DNA from: an uncultured Bacilli bacterium
GTDB taxonomy: Bacteria > Bacillota_I > Bacilli_A > RF39 > UBA660
Assembly (NCBI GenBank): GCA_934085825.1
Contig: CAKOHR010000007.1
Location: 47,013-79,012 of the forward strand
Direction: 5' to 3'
DNA length: 32,000 nt
Below the pieces are notes generated by a model that did no database searches, had not been told where the DNA came from, and saw only the letters and a list, made by a program, of their open reading frames with translations. The translations under genes were made by a program, and so were the position numbers. Shown here piece by piece: positions 18,597-26,498 of the stretch (its first letter is position 1; each line of letters starts with the position of its first letter).

Positions 18597-19202
18597 ATGA
18601 AAATTTTTAGAATTTTAATTGTATTTTTTTCTTTGCTACTTTTTAGTATAATTTGTTATTTTGTTTGTAGATATGATGTTTTAAAAATTGATACGTATGT
18701 AAGTGACTTTGTTATTAATAACATCATAAATAATAAATTTACTTCTATGTGTAAAGTAATAACACAGTTGGGTGGTACTTCATTTATCGTTTTAGTTAGT
18801 ATTTTAATTTTTATATTTTGGAAAGAAAGGTGGTTTGTAACTTTTGATTTAGTTGGTGTTGTTGCACTTAATCAACTCATCAAATTTATAGTAAAAAGAC
18901 CAAGACCAAATTTTTATCGATTAGTTAATGCCAGTGGATATAGTTTTCCTTCAGGACATTCTATGGTATGTATAGCTTTTTATGGTATAATGGTATATCT
19001 TATTTATAAAAATATTAAGAATAATAATTTAAAATATGCATTAATTATATTGTTGGGATTATTAATTATACTTATTGGTTTTAGTAGAATTTATGTTGGT
19101 GTGCATTATTTTACTGATGTCATAGCGGGTTTACTTTTAGGACTTGCTTATTTAATAGTATATATTTGGATTTATAAAAGGGTGAATAAAAATGAAGAGT
19201 AA
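18597..19202 (+). CDS. PAP2 family phosphatase (BcrC/PgpB-like, candidate undecaprenyl-diphosphate phosphatase)
   Basis: The three PAP2 motifs are present: KRPRP, PSGHS, SRIYVGVHYFTDV. Confidence 0.85.
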   Translation: MKIFRILIVFFSLLLFSIICYFVCRYDVLKIDTYVSDFVINNIINNKFTSMCKVITQLGGTSFIVLVSILIFIFWKERWFVTFDLVGVVALNQLIKFIVKRPRPNFYRLVNASGYSFPSGHSMVCIAFYGIMVYLIYKNIKNNNLKYALIILLGLLIILIGFSRIYVGVHYFTDVIAGLLLGLAYLIVYIWIYKRVNKNEE

Positions 19203-19560
19203 TAATTTAATAAGTAGTTTTAAGTATGCGATGCAAGGTATATTAAGGGCTTTTAAAACCGAAAGAAATTTAAAAATACATGCATCTATGATGATGATTG
19301 TAGTAATACTTGGTGTTATTTTTAAAATTGCTGTATGGGAATGGATTACTTGTATTATTTTATTTGCTTTAGTTATTGGAGCTGAACTTTTAAATACTTC
19401 AATTGAAGAAATGGTTAATTTATTATCTCCGGAGATAAGAGTACATGCAAAATACGCGAAAGATATTGCTGCTGGAGCAGTTTTAATATTTGCAATTGCA
19501 TCTGCCATTGTTGGTGCTATAATATTTATACCAAAAATACTAGTTTATTTTAATTTATAA
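19192..19560 (+). CDS. dgkA: Diacylglycerol kinase family protein (undecaprenol kinase in Gram-positives)
   Basis: FKYAMQGILRAFKTERNLKIH...GAELLNTSIEEMVNLLSPE...AKDIAAGAVL in a ~120-aa 3-TM protein. Overlaps the PAP2 gene by 11 nt. Confidence 0.85.
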   Translation: MKSNNLISSFKYAMQGILRAFKTERNLKIHASMMMIVVILGVIFKIAVWEWITCIILFALVIGAELLNTSIEEMVNLLSPEIRVHAKYAKDIAAGAVLIFAIASAIVGAIIFIPKILVYFNL

Positions 19561-19582
19561 AAGTCAAAAAGTGACTTTTTTG
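19561..19582 (+). terminator. Rho-independent terminator
   Basis: AAGTCA / TGACTT stem followed by T6. Confidence 0.65.
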
Positions 19583-19714
19583 ATGCAAAATAGCTATATA
19601 ATAGAGTGAATATCCAGTGTGATATTGTTATAAATGGTGGTTACATGAAAAAGAAAATATTGATTTTATCGGCATTTGCTTTAATTATTGGAGTAATAAT
19701 ATTATATAAAAATT
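19580..19714 (+). repeat. Leader plus signal-anchor repeat, copy 2
   Basis: See copy 1. The palindrome lies at 19609..19626. Confidence 0.75.
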
Positions 19715-19779
19715 ATAGTAAAAATGATGAAGCCAAAGTTGTGAATAACAGAAAACACTTATTATTTGGAATACTATAA
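19645..19779 (+). pseudogene. 44-codon ORF, second 5' remnant of the DGR-target-family gene (signal anchor only)
   Basis: MKKKILILSAFALIIGVIILYKNYSKNDEAKVVNNRKHLLFGIL*. The first ~25 codons and ~65 nt of upstream leader are near-identical to the remnant at 11414..11546. Confidence 0.45.
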
Positions 19780-19831
19780 AGAGCCATGTAAGCCTTTATT
19801 TGTTTTGTGATAAAAAATAAATATGTGCATA

Positions 19832-19866
19832 AAAGAAACCAAATAGAATTTTTATTTGGTTTCTTT
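19832..19866 (-). terminator. Rho-independent terminator of uvrB (overlaps its stop codon)
   Basis: AAAGAAACCAAATA / TATTTGGTTTCTTT long stem. On the minus strand it is followed by TTTTAT. Confidence 0.7.
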
Positions 19867-21804
19867 TAATTCAAAATAAATATCTCTAAGTTCCATAGCT
19901 TTTTCAAAGTCCATTGCTGCAGCAGCTTCACGCATTTCTTTTTCGATTTGTTCAATTTGTATAGCTTTTTCTTTTTTGGATAGTTTTGGCTTTTTGCCAG
20001 TTACTTCATTTGTTACAACTTCTTTTATGTCTTTGATGATTGTTTTTGGTGTTATACCATGAATTTTATTATATTCTTCTTGGATAGCACGTCTTCTTTG
20101 GGTTTCTGTAATTGCTTCATTCATAGAATCACTATATTTATCTGCATACATAATTACTTTACCATTTTCATTACGTGCTGCTCTTCCAATAGTTTGAATT
20201 AAACTGCGTGTACTTCGAAGGAAACCTTGTTTATCAGCATCTAATATACATATTAAACTTACTTCAGGTATATCTAAGCCTTCACGAAGTAGGTTAATTC
20301 CAACAATACAATCATAAACTCCACTTCTTAAATCATGTATAATTTTAAGTCTTTCAAGGGTTTTGATTTCACTATGTAAGTATGCAACTTTAATATTCAT
20401 TTCTTTTAAATAATTTGTTAATTCTTCACTCATTCTAATTGTAAGTGTAGTTATTAAAACTCTTTCATTTTTCTTAATTCTATCATTTATTTCACTTATT
20501 ATATCATCAATTTGCCCTTCAGATTTACGGACTTCAATAATTGGGTCAAGTAATCCCGTTGGTCTAATGATTTGTTCTACAAATTTATTATTTGTTTTTT
20601 CCAGTTCATAGTCACCTGGTGTTGCAGAAACATAAATTGCTTGATTAATTTTTTCTTCAAATTCTTCAAATTTAAGTGGTCTATTGTCTAGAGCACTCGG
20701 AAGTCTAAAACCATAATCAACTAAAGTTTGTTTACGCATTCTATCACCATTATACATGGCTCTTACTTGGGGCAAAGTAACGTGGGATTCATCCACTACT
20801 AGTAGAAAATCTTTAGGGAAGAAATCTATTAAACATGATGGTGTTTCTCCCGCGACTCTTAAAGCTAGATGTCTTGAATAGTTTTCAACACCATTACAAA
20901 ATCCTGTTTCTCTTAGCATCTCTAAATCATAGTTAGTTCTTTCACGTAATCTTTGTTCTTCGATTAGTTTGTTTTCACTTTTTAATTCTTCAAGTCTTTC
21001 TTTAAGCTCTGCTTCAATTCTATTGCATGCTTCATCTAATTTTTCTTTACTTGTTACAAAGTGAGAAGCTGGTGATATGGTAACTGATTTTTTACTTTGT
21101 GATACAACCCCAGTAAGTGGGTCAAATGTACAAATTTCTGCTACTATGTCATCTTCTAAAATGATTCTAATACCACTTACTTTTTCATTAACAGGTATAA
21201 TGTCTATGTTGTTTCCTCTGGCTCTAAATGTTCCACGATGAAAGTCTAAATCATTTCTTTCATATGTCATGTCAACAAGTCTATTTAGTATTTTACCTCT
21301 AGATATTTTGTCCCCAACAGTTAATATTAACATGTTTTTTTCGTATTCTTCTTTTTCACCAATACCATAAATACATGATACTGATGCAACTACTATAACA
21401 TCTTTATAATTAATTAGAGCACTTGTTGCAGCATGTCTTAATTCATCAATTTCATCATTTATTGATGAATCTTTTTCTATGTATGTGTCACTGCTTGGTA
21501 CATACGCTTCAGGTTGATAATAATCATAGTAAGATACAAAATATTCTACATGATTATTTGGAAAAAATTCTTTTAGTTCTGCATAAAGTTGTCCTGCTAA
21601 AGTTTTGTTATGAGCTAAAACTAGGGTAGGTTTGTTAGTTTTCTCTATAACATTTGCTATTGTAAATGTTTTACCTGTACCTGTTGCACCTAATAAAACT
21701 TGTTCTTTTTTTCCTTCGTTTATACCATCCACTAATTCTTTAATTGCTTCAGGTTGGTCACCACTAGGTTTATATTTACTTACTAATTCAAATTTATCTT
21801 TCAT
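19852..21804 (-). CDS. uvrB: Excinuclease ABC subunit B
   Basis: [17 protein letters not shown]...[16 protein letters not shown] box and C-terminal UVR motif. ATG 21804 has GGAGG 5 nt upstream, so the 29-codon N-terminal extension in the track ORF (to 21891) is rejected. Confidence 0.93.
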   Translation of the reverse strand: MKDKFELVSKYKPSGDQPEAIKELVDGINEGKKEQVLLGATGTGKTFTIANVIEKTNKPTLVLAHNKTLAGQLYAELKEFFPNNHVEYFVSYYDYYQPEAYVPSSDTYIEKDSSINDEIDELRHAATSALINYKDVIVVASVSCIYGIGEKEEYEKNMLILTVGDKISRGKILNRLVDMTYERNDLDFHRGTFRARGNNIDIIPVNEKVSGIRIILEDDIVAEICTFDPLTGVVSQSKKSVTISPASHFVTSKEKLDEACNRIEAELKERLEELKSENKLIEEQRLRERTNYDLEMLRETGFCNGVENYSRHLALRVAGETPSCLIDFFPKDFLLVVDESHVTLPQVRAMYNGDRMRKQTLVDYGFRLPSALDNRPLKFEEFEEKINQAIYVSATPGDYELEKTNNKFVEQIIRPTGLLDPIIEVRKSEGQIDDIISEINDRIKKNERVLITTLTIRMSEELTNYLKEMNIKVAYLHSEIKTLERLKIIHDLRSGVYDCIVGINLLREGLDIPEVSLICILDADKQGFLRSTRSLIQTIGRAARNENGKVIMYADKYSDSMNEAITETQRRRAIQEEYNKIHGITPKTIIKDIKEVVTNEVTGKKPKLSKKEKAIQIEQIEKEMREAAAAMDFEKAMELRDIYFELKETK

Positions 21805-22148
21805 AGTTTCCTCCATTCTAAAGTTTATTGATAATAATATATTGTTTTCAACTAACAATGATATTATACTAGACAAATACTTGTTCGTCAATTAAAATGC
21901 TAGTAATTGTTATAATTAAATTAAAAGTAATAATAAAATAAAAATACCCAATCAAGCTTGATTGGGTAAACCAACATTTAGGTTAACACTCAACATGCAA
22001 AAATTGAATGTTTCCTTTTTATTATATGCAAATTTTCTTTGCTAAATTATTGTCAAATTTTGATACAATCTGTAGCTTATACAAATTTGCTATTTAAAAA
22101 TAATAAAATTTGTGGTAAAATCTTTTTATAAAAAGCGAGGTAATAGAA

Positions 22149-23765
22149 ATGACATATATTTTTGGACATAAAAGTCCTGATACTGATACTGTTTGTTCAA
22201 GTATTGCTCTTTCATATTTAAAAAATACATTGGGGGATAAAACTGTACCTAAAGTACTTGGAAATATAAATAATGAAACTAAATTCGTTTTGGATTATTT
22301 TAAAGTAGAAGTTCCTAGTTATTTAAATGATGTAAGAGTTAGAATAAAAAATGTTAAATATGATAAAAAAGCATATATTAATGAAAATGAATCAATTGAT
22401 GCAGCTTTTAAGTTAATGCAAAATAGAAATATTACTGCTGTACCTTTGGTTGATGATAATAAAATGCTTACTGGTTTTGTAACTTTAAAAGAACTTGCTA
22501 AATATTTAATAAATGGTAGTAGGGAAGAAGTAAATACTACTTTAGATAATATTATTGAAACAATAAATGCTAAAGTTATAGTTAAATGTGATGATCAAAT
22601 TGTTGGTAGAACTTTTATTGCAGGTCTTAGTTTTAAAGCACTTGAACAGGTAGTTGATCTAGATAGTAATGATATTTTAATAGTTGGAGATAGATATAAA
22701 GTACTTGATTATGCTATTAAATCTAAAGTAAAACTTGTTATTATTCCTCTTAATGTTAATTTGGAAAAAAAGGTTATTATGAAGGCTCGTGAAAATGGAG
22801 TTAACATGATTGCTTCTGAACTCGATAGTTTTCAAATTGCTACGAGAATTACTTTAAGTAACTATATAAAAAATATTAATATAAATAAAAATCCAGTTAC
22901 AGTTAATAATGAGGATTATTTTACAGATTTTAAAACTATGACTCATAAAGTTAATCATACTAATTATCCTGTTATTAATAATAAAGGTGTATGTTTAGGA
23001 TTAATTAGACTTACTGGACCTAATGATTATGATAAACAAAAGGTTATACTTGTTGATCATAATAATTTAGCTCAATCTGTTGATGGAATTGAAGAAGCGG
23101 ATATTTTGGAAATTATTGATCATCATAATTTAGGGGCTATAGGTACTAATGTGCCAATTAATTTTAGAAGTAAACCTGTTGGATGTACATCAACTATGAT
23201 ATATGATATGTTTTTGGAAAAGAAAATAAGTATTCCAAAAGATATTGCAGGTTTAATGCTTTCTGCCATTTTATCTGATACACTTCTTTTAACAAGTCCA
23301 ACAACAACTGAAGATGATAGATTTGCTGCTGTAAAACTTGCTGGCATTGCTAAAGTTGATATAGATAAATATGGTTTACAAATGATAAAAGCTGCTTCAT
23401 CTATTGAAGGTATGAGTGTTAAAGATTTAATTAAGAGTGATTTTAAAAATTATGTAGTTGGTAATAGAAATTTAGGTATTGGTCAAGTTATGACTCTTGA
23501 TTTTGATGTTATTAATGAAAAAATGGATGAATATGTTCAAGTTTTAGATGAAATGGTAGATACAAATTATAATATTGTAGTTATATTTATAACTGATATT
23601 ATTAAAAAAGGATCATATGTAATTTATAATACTAAGGCTAAAGATGTTGTAGAAGATGCCTTTGGACTTAAAAAAACATATGAAGGAGTTTTTATTCCTA
23701 AAATAGTTTCTAGAAAAAAACAAATACTTCCAAGTATACTTAGTGTTATCGAAGATAAAAAATAG
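22149..23765 (+). CDS. ppaC: CBS-domain-containing family II (DHH/DHHA2) inorganic pyrophosphatase
   Basis: IFGHKSPDTDTVCSSIALSYL (DHH), an inserted CBS pair plus a DRTGG-like segment (IVGDRYKVLDYAI), VDHNNLAQSV...IIDHHNLG, and a C-terminal DHHA2 region. Confidence 0.85.
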   Translation: MTYIFGHKSPDTDTVCSSIALSYLKNTLGDKTVPKVLGNINNETKFVLDYFKVEVPSYLNDVRVRIKNVKYDKKAYINENESIDAAFKLMQNRNITAVPLVDDNKMLTGFVTLKELAKYLINGSREEVNTTLDNIIETINAKVIVKCDDQIVGRTFIAGLSFKALEQVVDLDSNDILIVGDRYKVLDYAIKSKVKLVIIPLNVNLEKKVIMKARENGVNMIASELDSFQIATRITLSNYIKNININKNPVTVNNEDYFTDFKTMTHKVNHTNYPVINNKGVCLGLIRLTGPNDYDKQKVILVDHNNLAQSVDGIEEADILEIIDHHNLGAIGTNVPINFRSKPVGCTSTMIYDMFLEKKISIPKDIAGLMLSAILSDTLLLTSPTTTEDDRFAAVKLAGIAKVDIDKYGLQMIKAASSIEGMSVKDLIKSDFKNYVVGNRNLGIGQVMTLDFDVINEKMDEYVQVLDEMVDTNYNIVVIFITDIIKKGSYVIYNTKAKDVVEDAFGLKKTYEGVFIPKIVSRKKQILPSILSVIEDKK

Positions 23766-23772
23766 TAAGAAT

Positions 23773-23818
23773 AGTCAATTTTGTATTTTATATAGTACAA
23801 AAATTGACTGTTTCTTTA
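23773..23818 (+). terminator. Rho-independent terminator
   Basis: AGTCAATTTTGTA / TACAAAAATTGACT long stem (one bulge) followed by GTTTCTTT. Confidence 0.65.
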
Positions 23819-23918
23819 TATAAAGATCAGTTTAAAATTTTAAAGTGTATAAAAATATGAAAGATTATTATCCTAAATGTGTAAAGAATATTAATAAAAT
23901 GTTAAGGAGGCATTGTAG

Positions 23919-24680
23919 ATGAAAGCACTTATAACTGGGGCTTCAAGTGGAATAGGAAAGAATATGGCTTATGTTTTGGCAAATAAAGGTATTGATTTAA
24001 TACTTGTTGCTAGAAGTAAGGATGAAATGGTTAAAATAAAGGAAAATGTTAAAGTAAATGTAGATATTATAGAAATGGATTTACTTAAAGAAAAGAATGT
24101 TTTTAAGTTATATGATATGTGTAAAGATAAAAATATAGATATACTTATAAATAATGCTGGTTTTGGGTTATTTGGTATATTTACAGAGACAGATTTAGAA
24201 AGAGAACTAGAAATGATTGATTTAAATATAAAGGCATATCATATTTTAACTAAGTTATTTTTAAAAGATTTTGTAGAAAAAGATTCTGGTTATATTTTAA
24301 ATGTTGCTTCAAGTGCAGGTTTTATGGCAGGACCAAGACTTAGTACTTATTATGCTACAAAAAATTATGTTTTAAAGCTTACTATGGCTATTAATGAAGA
24401 ACTTAGACAAAGTGGAAGTAATGTTGTTGTTTCAGCACTTTGTCCTGGACCTGTTAATACTAATTTTAATAGGGTGGCTCATGGAGAATTTAGTATTAAA
24501 GAAGCTAGTCCAAAGTATGTAGCAGAATATGCCATTGATAAGTTATTTCAAAAGAAAATGCTTATTATTCCTACAATGAGAATAAAGGCAGGTATATTTT
24601 TACTTAGACTAATTCCTTACAGATTACAATTAATTTATTGCTATCATATTCAAGGGAAGAAATTAGGTATTAAAAAATAG
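23919..24680 (+). CDS. SDR family short-chain dehydrogenase/reductase
   Basis: ITGASSGIGKNMA (TGxxxGxG), NNAGFG, and the catalytic S...YYATK motif. Confidence 0.9.
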   Translation: MKALITGASSGIGKNMAYVLANKGIDLILVARSKDEMVKIKENVKVNVDIIEMDLLKEKNVFKLYDMCKDKNIDILINNAGFGLFGIFTETDLERELEMIDLNIKAYHILTKLFLKDFVEKDSGYILNVASSAGFMAGPRLSTYYATKNYVLKLTMAINEELRQSGSNVVVSALCPGPVNTNFNRVAHGEFSIKEASPKYVAEYAIDKLFQKKMLIIPTMRIKAGIFLLRLIPYRLQLIYCYHIQGKKLGIKK

Positions 24681-24710
24681 TTTCATATTTTTACGAAACT
24701 ATTTTTTCTT
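24674..24710. terminator. Bidirectional terminator between the SDR and XRE genes
   Basis: AAAATAGTTTC (24674..24684) / GAAACTATTTT (24695..24705), with A and T runs on both sides. Confidence 0.65.
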
Positions 24711-24963
24711 TTTCTTCTTTAGTAACTAAAGCATCTAATGGTACATCAAGTGCTTTTGTTATACTATATAATGTTTCTACAGAAAAATTATATGCAACTT
24801 TTTCGCTTTGGATTTGTTTTATAAAATCGTGTGATAAATCAACCATTTCTGCAAGCTGTGCAGATGTTATTCCTTTCTTTAGTCTGTATTTTCTGATATT
24901 CTTTCGGATTGTATTATAAATATCAGTATCAAAATCAATTTCTTTATTCCGCATAGTTTTCAC
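24691..24963 (-). CDS. XRE family helix-turn-helix transcriptional regulator
   Basis: YRLKKGITSAQLAEMVDLSHDFIKQIQS is a typical HTH_3. GGTGA RBS. It sits only 19 nt downstream of the transposase stop on the same strand. Confidence 0.8.
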   Translation of the reverse strand: MKTMRNKEIDFDTDIYNTIRKNIRKYRLKKGITSAQLAEMVDLSHDFIKQIQSEKVAYNFSVETLYSITKALDVPLDALVTKEEKEKIVS

Positions 24964-26440
24964 CTACATATATTGTAATATTTTACCAAATATCTATACA
25001 GGATGAAATTATAAAGCATGCTAATTCGGTAAAATATTCTTCAATATTTCTTCCTAAATGTTTTCTAATTCTAATTAAACTACGATTATATTTAGGTTTG
25101 GTTTTTTCTAATATAGCTAAAACAAATTTATGTATTATTTCTAAGTTTAATAGGGCATTCTTATTTGCTGTCTTATTTCTATCTTGATTAAAAGTATAAT
25201 CTAAATGCCAATGTATTTTATTTTCTACTGACCAATGACTTCTTATTATTTTACTAAATCTTTTTACATCTACATTTAAACTTGAGATATGATATCTTTC
25301 TTCTATAATTGTAATATCTTTTTCTATTTTTTTCTTTTTTGTATTTTTTCTTTCATTATTTATTTTAGCAATTATTGTTATTGTTTTTCTAACAAGACCA
25401 ATTGATTGTAAGCCTTCCCAAGAATGTGTTCTATCATACCATTCTATATCTGATGTTTGAAAGTATTCATATTTAATTATTTGCCCATGGCTTTTTTCAA
25501 AATATATTTCATATTCAGATTTTGAATTATCAGCAATTATTTCATCACATTTATCTTGATTAAAATATTCTTTTAAGTTATTTTTTAGATCTTCTTGATT
25601 TCCTTTTATTGAAAAAACATAATCAGCATGTGCATCTATAACCGCTTTTACATTTTCTTTTTGAGTATTTAAAACATTAACTGTTATTATTTTACCTTTA
25701 AAATTTTTATCTTTTAAATATTCTCTTATGGTTGGTATTTTATTTGTTTTACTATTTATTGGAATTGTATTTATATAATAATTTTTAGCAAAAGAATAAA
25801 CATTTAGACAATTTAATGGCTTAATTGCTTCATTAATAACTGTCTTTTTTCTTTTACTTCCATTGTTTAATCTTCCATCTAAATTCAATATATCATCTTC
25901 ATTTGATGTATTTAATGTAATAGCATCAAAAAATCTAGAAGAATTTAGTACTTCATGATCTACTAATCCGATTATTCTTTCATAAGAATCTGCTTTAGGC
26001 ACGCCACCAGTCATTTGTAAAAAGCTTTTAAACCATTTGTAGTTTTCTTCAACAAATTCTTGAATTTCTTCCCATGTGTCGTTATTGGCAAAAGAAGCAA
26101 TTATTACACACATAATAACATCCCATAATTTAAAACTTATCATATTTTTATTTCGAATATCTTTAATTTCTTTAAGTTTTTCTTTAAGATTTTTAAGTAA
26201 AGCAATATCAATATCTTGAAATTTTGTTATATTTAATACTTTTTTAATATATTTTATTTCCAATTTAGTTAATTCATCATATTTTTTCTTTGGTTTAGCC
26301 ATTAATATCGTTCCAATCTACTATAATAATCATATCATAGCATGGCGGTTTTCCCAAGAAAAAATTGTTTAAACCTAGATTTTATCTAAGTTTCCTTTAT
26401 GTATTTTTTTTAACTATAATTTTATCCTGCAAATTTATAT
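24964..26440 (-). mobile_element. ISAs1-family insertion sequence, boundaries not resolved
   Basis: Single transposase ORF. I could not identify terminal inverted repeats or target-site duplications by eye, so the coordinates are approximate. Confidence 0.4.
24983..26302 (-). CDS. ISAs1 family transposase
   Basis: The N-terminal DDE_Tnp_1-associated pattern is present (LWDVIMCVIIASFANNDTWEEIQEFVEENYKWFKSFLQMTGGVPKADSYERIIGLVD). The C-terminus IRSHWSVENKIHWHLDYTFNQDRNKTANKNALLNLEIIHKFVLAIL matches the ISAs1 IRxHWxIENxLHWxLDVxFxED signature. Confidence 0.85.
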   Translation of the reverse strand: MAKPKKKYDELTKLEIKYIKKVLNITKFQDIDIALLKNLKEKLKEIKDIRNKNMISFKLWDVIMCVIIASFANNDTWEEIQEFVEENYKWFKSFLQMTGGVPKADSYERIIGLVDHEVLNSSRFFDAITLNTSNEDDILNLDGRLNNGSKRKKTVINEAIKPLNCLNVYSFAKNYYINTIPINSKTNKIPTIREYLKDKNFKGKIITVNVLNTQKENVKAVIDAHADYVFSIKGNQEDLKNNLKEYFNQDKCDEIIADNSKSEYEIYFEKSHGQIIKYEYFQTSDIEWYDRTHSWEGLQSIGLVRKTITIIAKINNERKNTKKKKIEKDITIIEERYHISSLNVDVKRFSKIIRSHWSVENKIHWHLDYTFNQDRNKTANKNALLNLEIIHKFVLAILEKTKPKYNRSLIRIRKHLGRNIEEYFTELACFIISSCIDIW

Positions 26441-26457
26441 AGCCTAGTAGTGGCATT

Positions 26458-26468
26458 TGTGCTATAAT
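26458..26468 (+). promoter_or_regulatory. Extended -10 promoter element upstream of DGR target 1
   Basis: TGTGCTATAAT (TGn + TATAAT at 26463..26468) with a poor -35. AGGAAAGGAG RBS lies further downstream. Confidence 0.4.
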
Positions 26469-26498
26469 GTTAACATAGGAAAGGAGTAAAAAACAACA

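Noticed and set aside
21805-21891. N-terminal 29-codon extension of uvrB in the ORF track
   Set aside because: ATG 21804 has a GGAGG RBS at optimal spacing, and [18 protein letters not shown] matches the canonical UvrB N-terminus. The extension has no homology.
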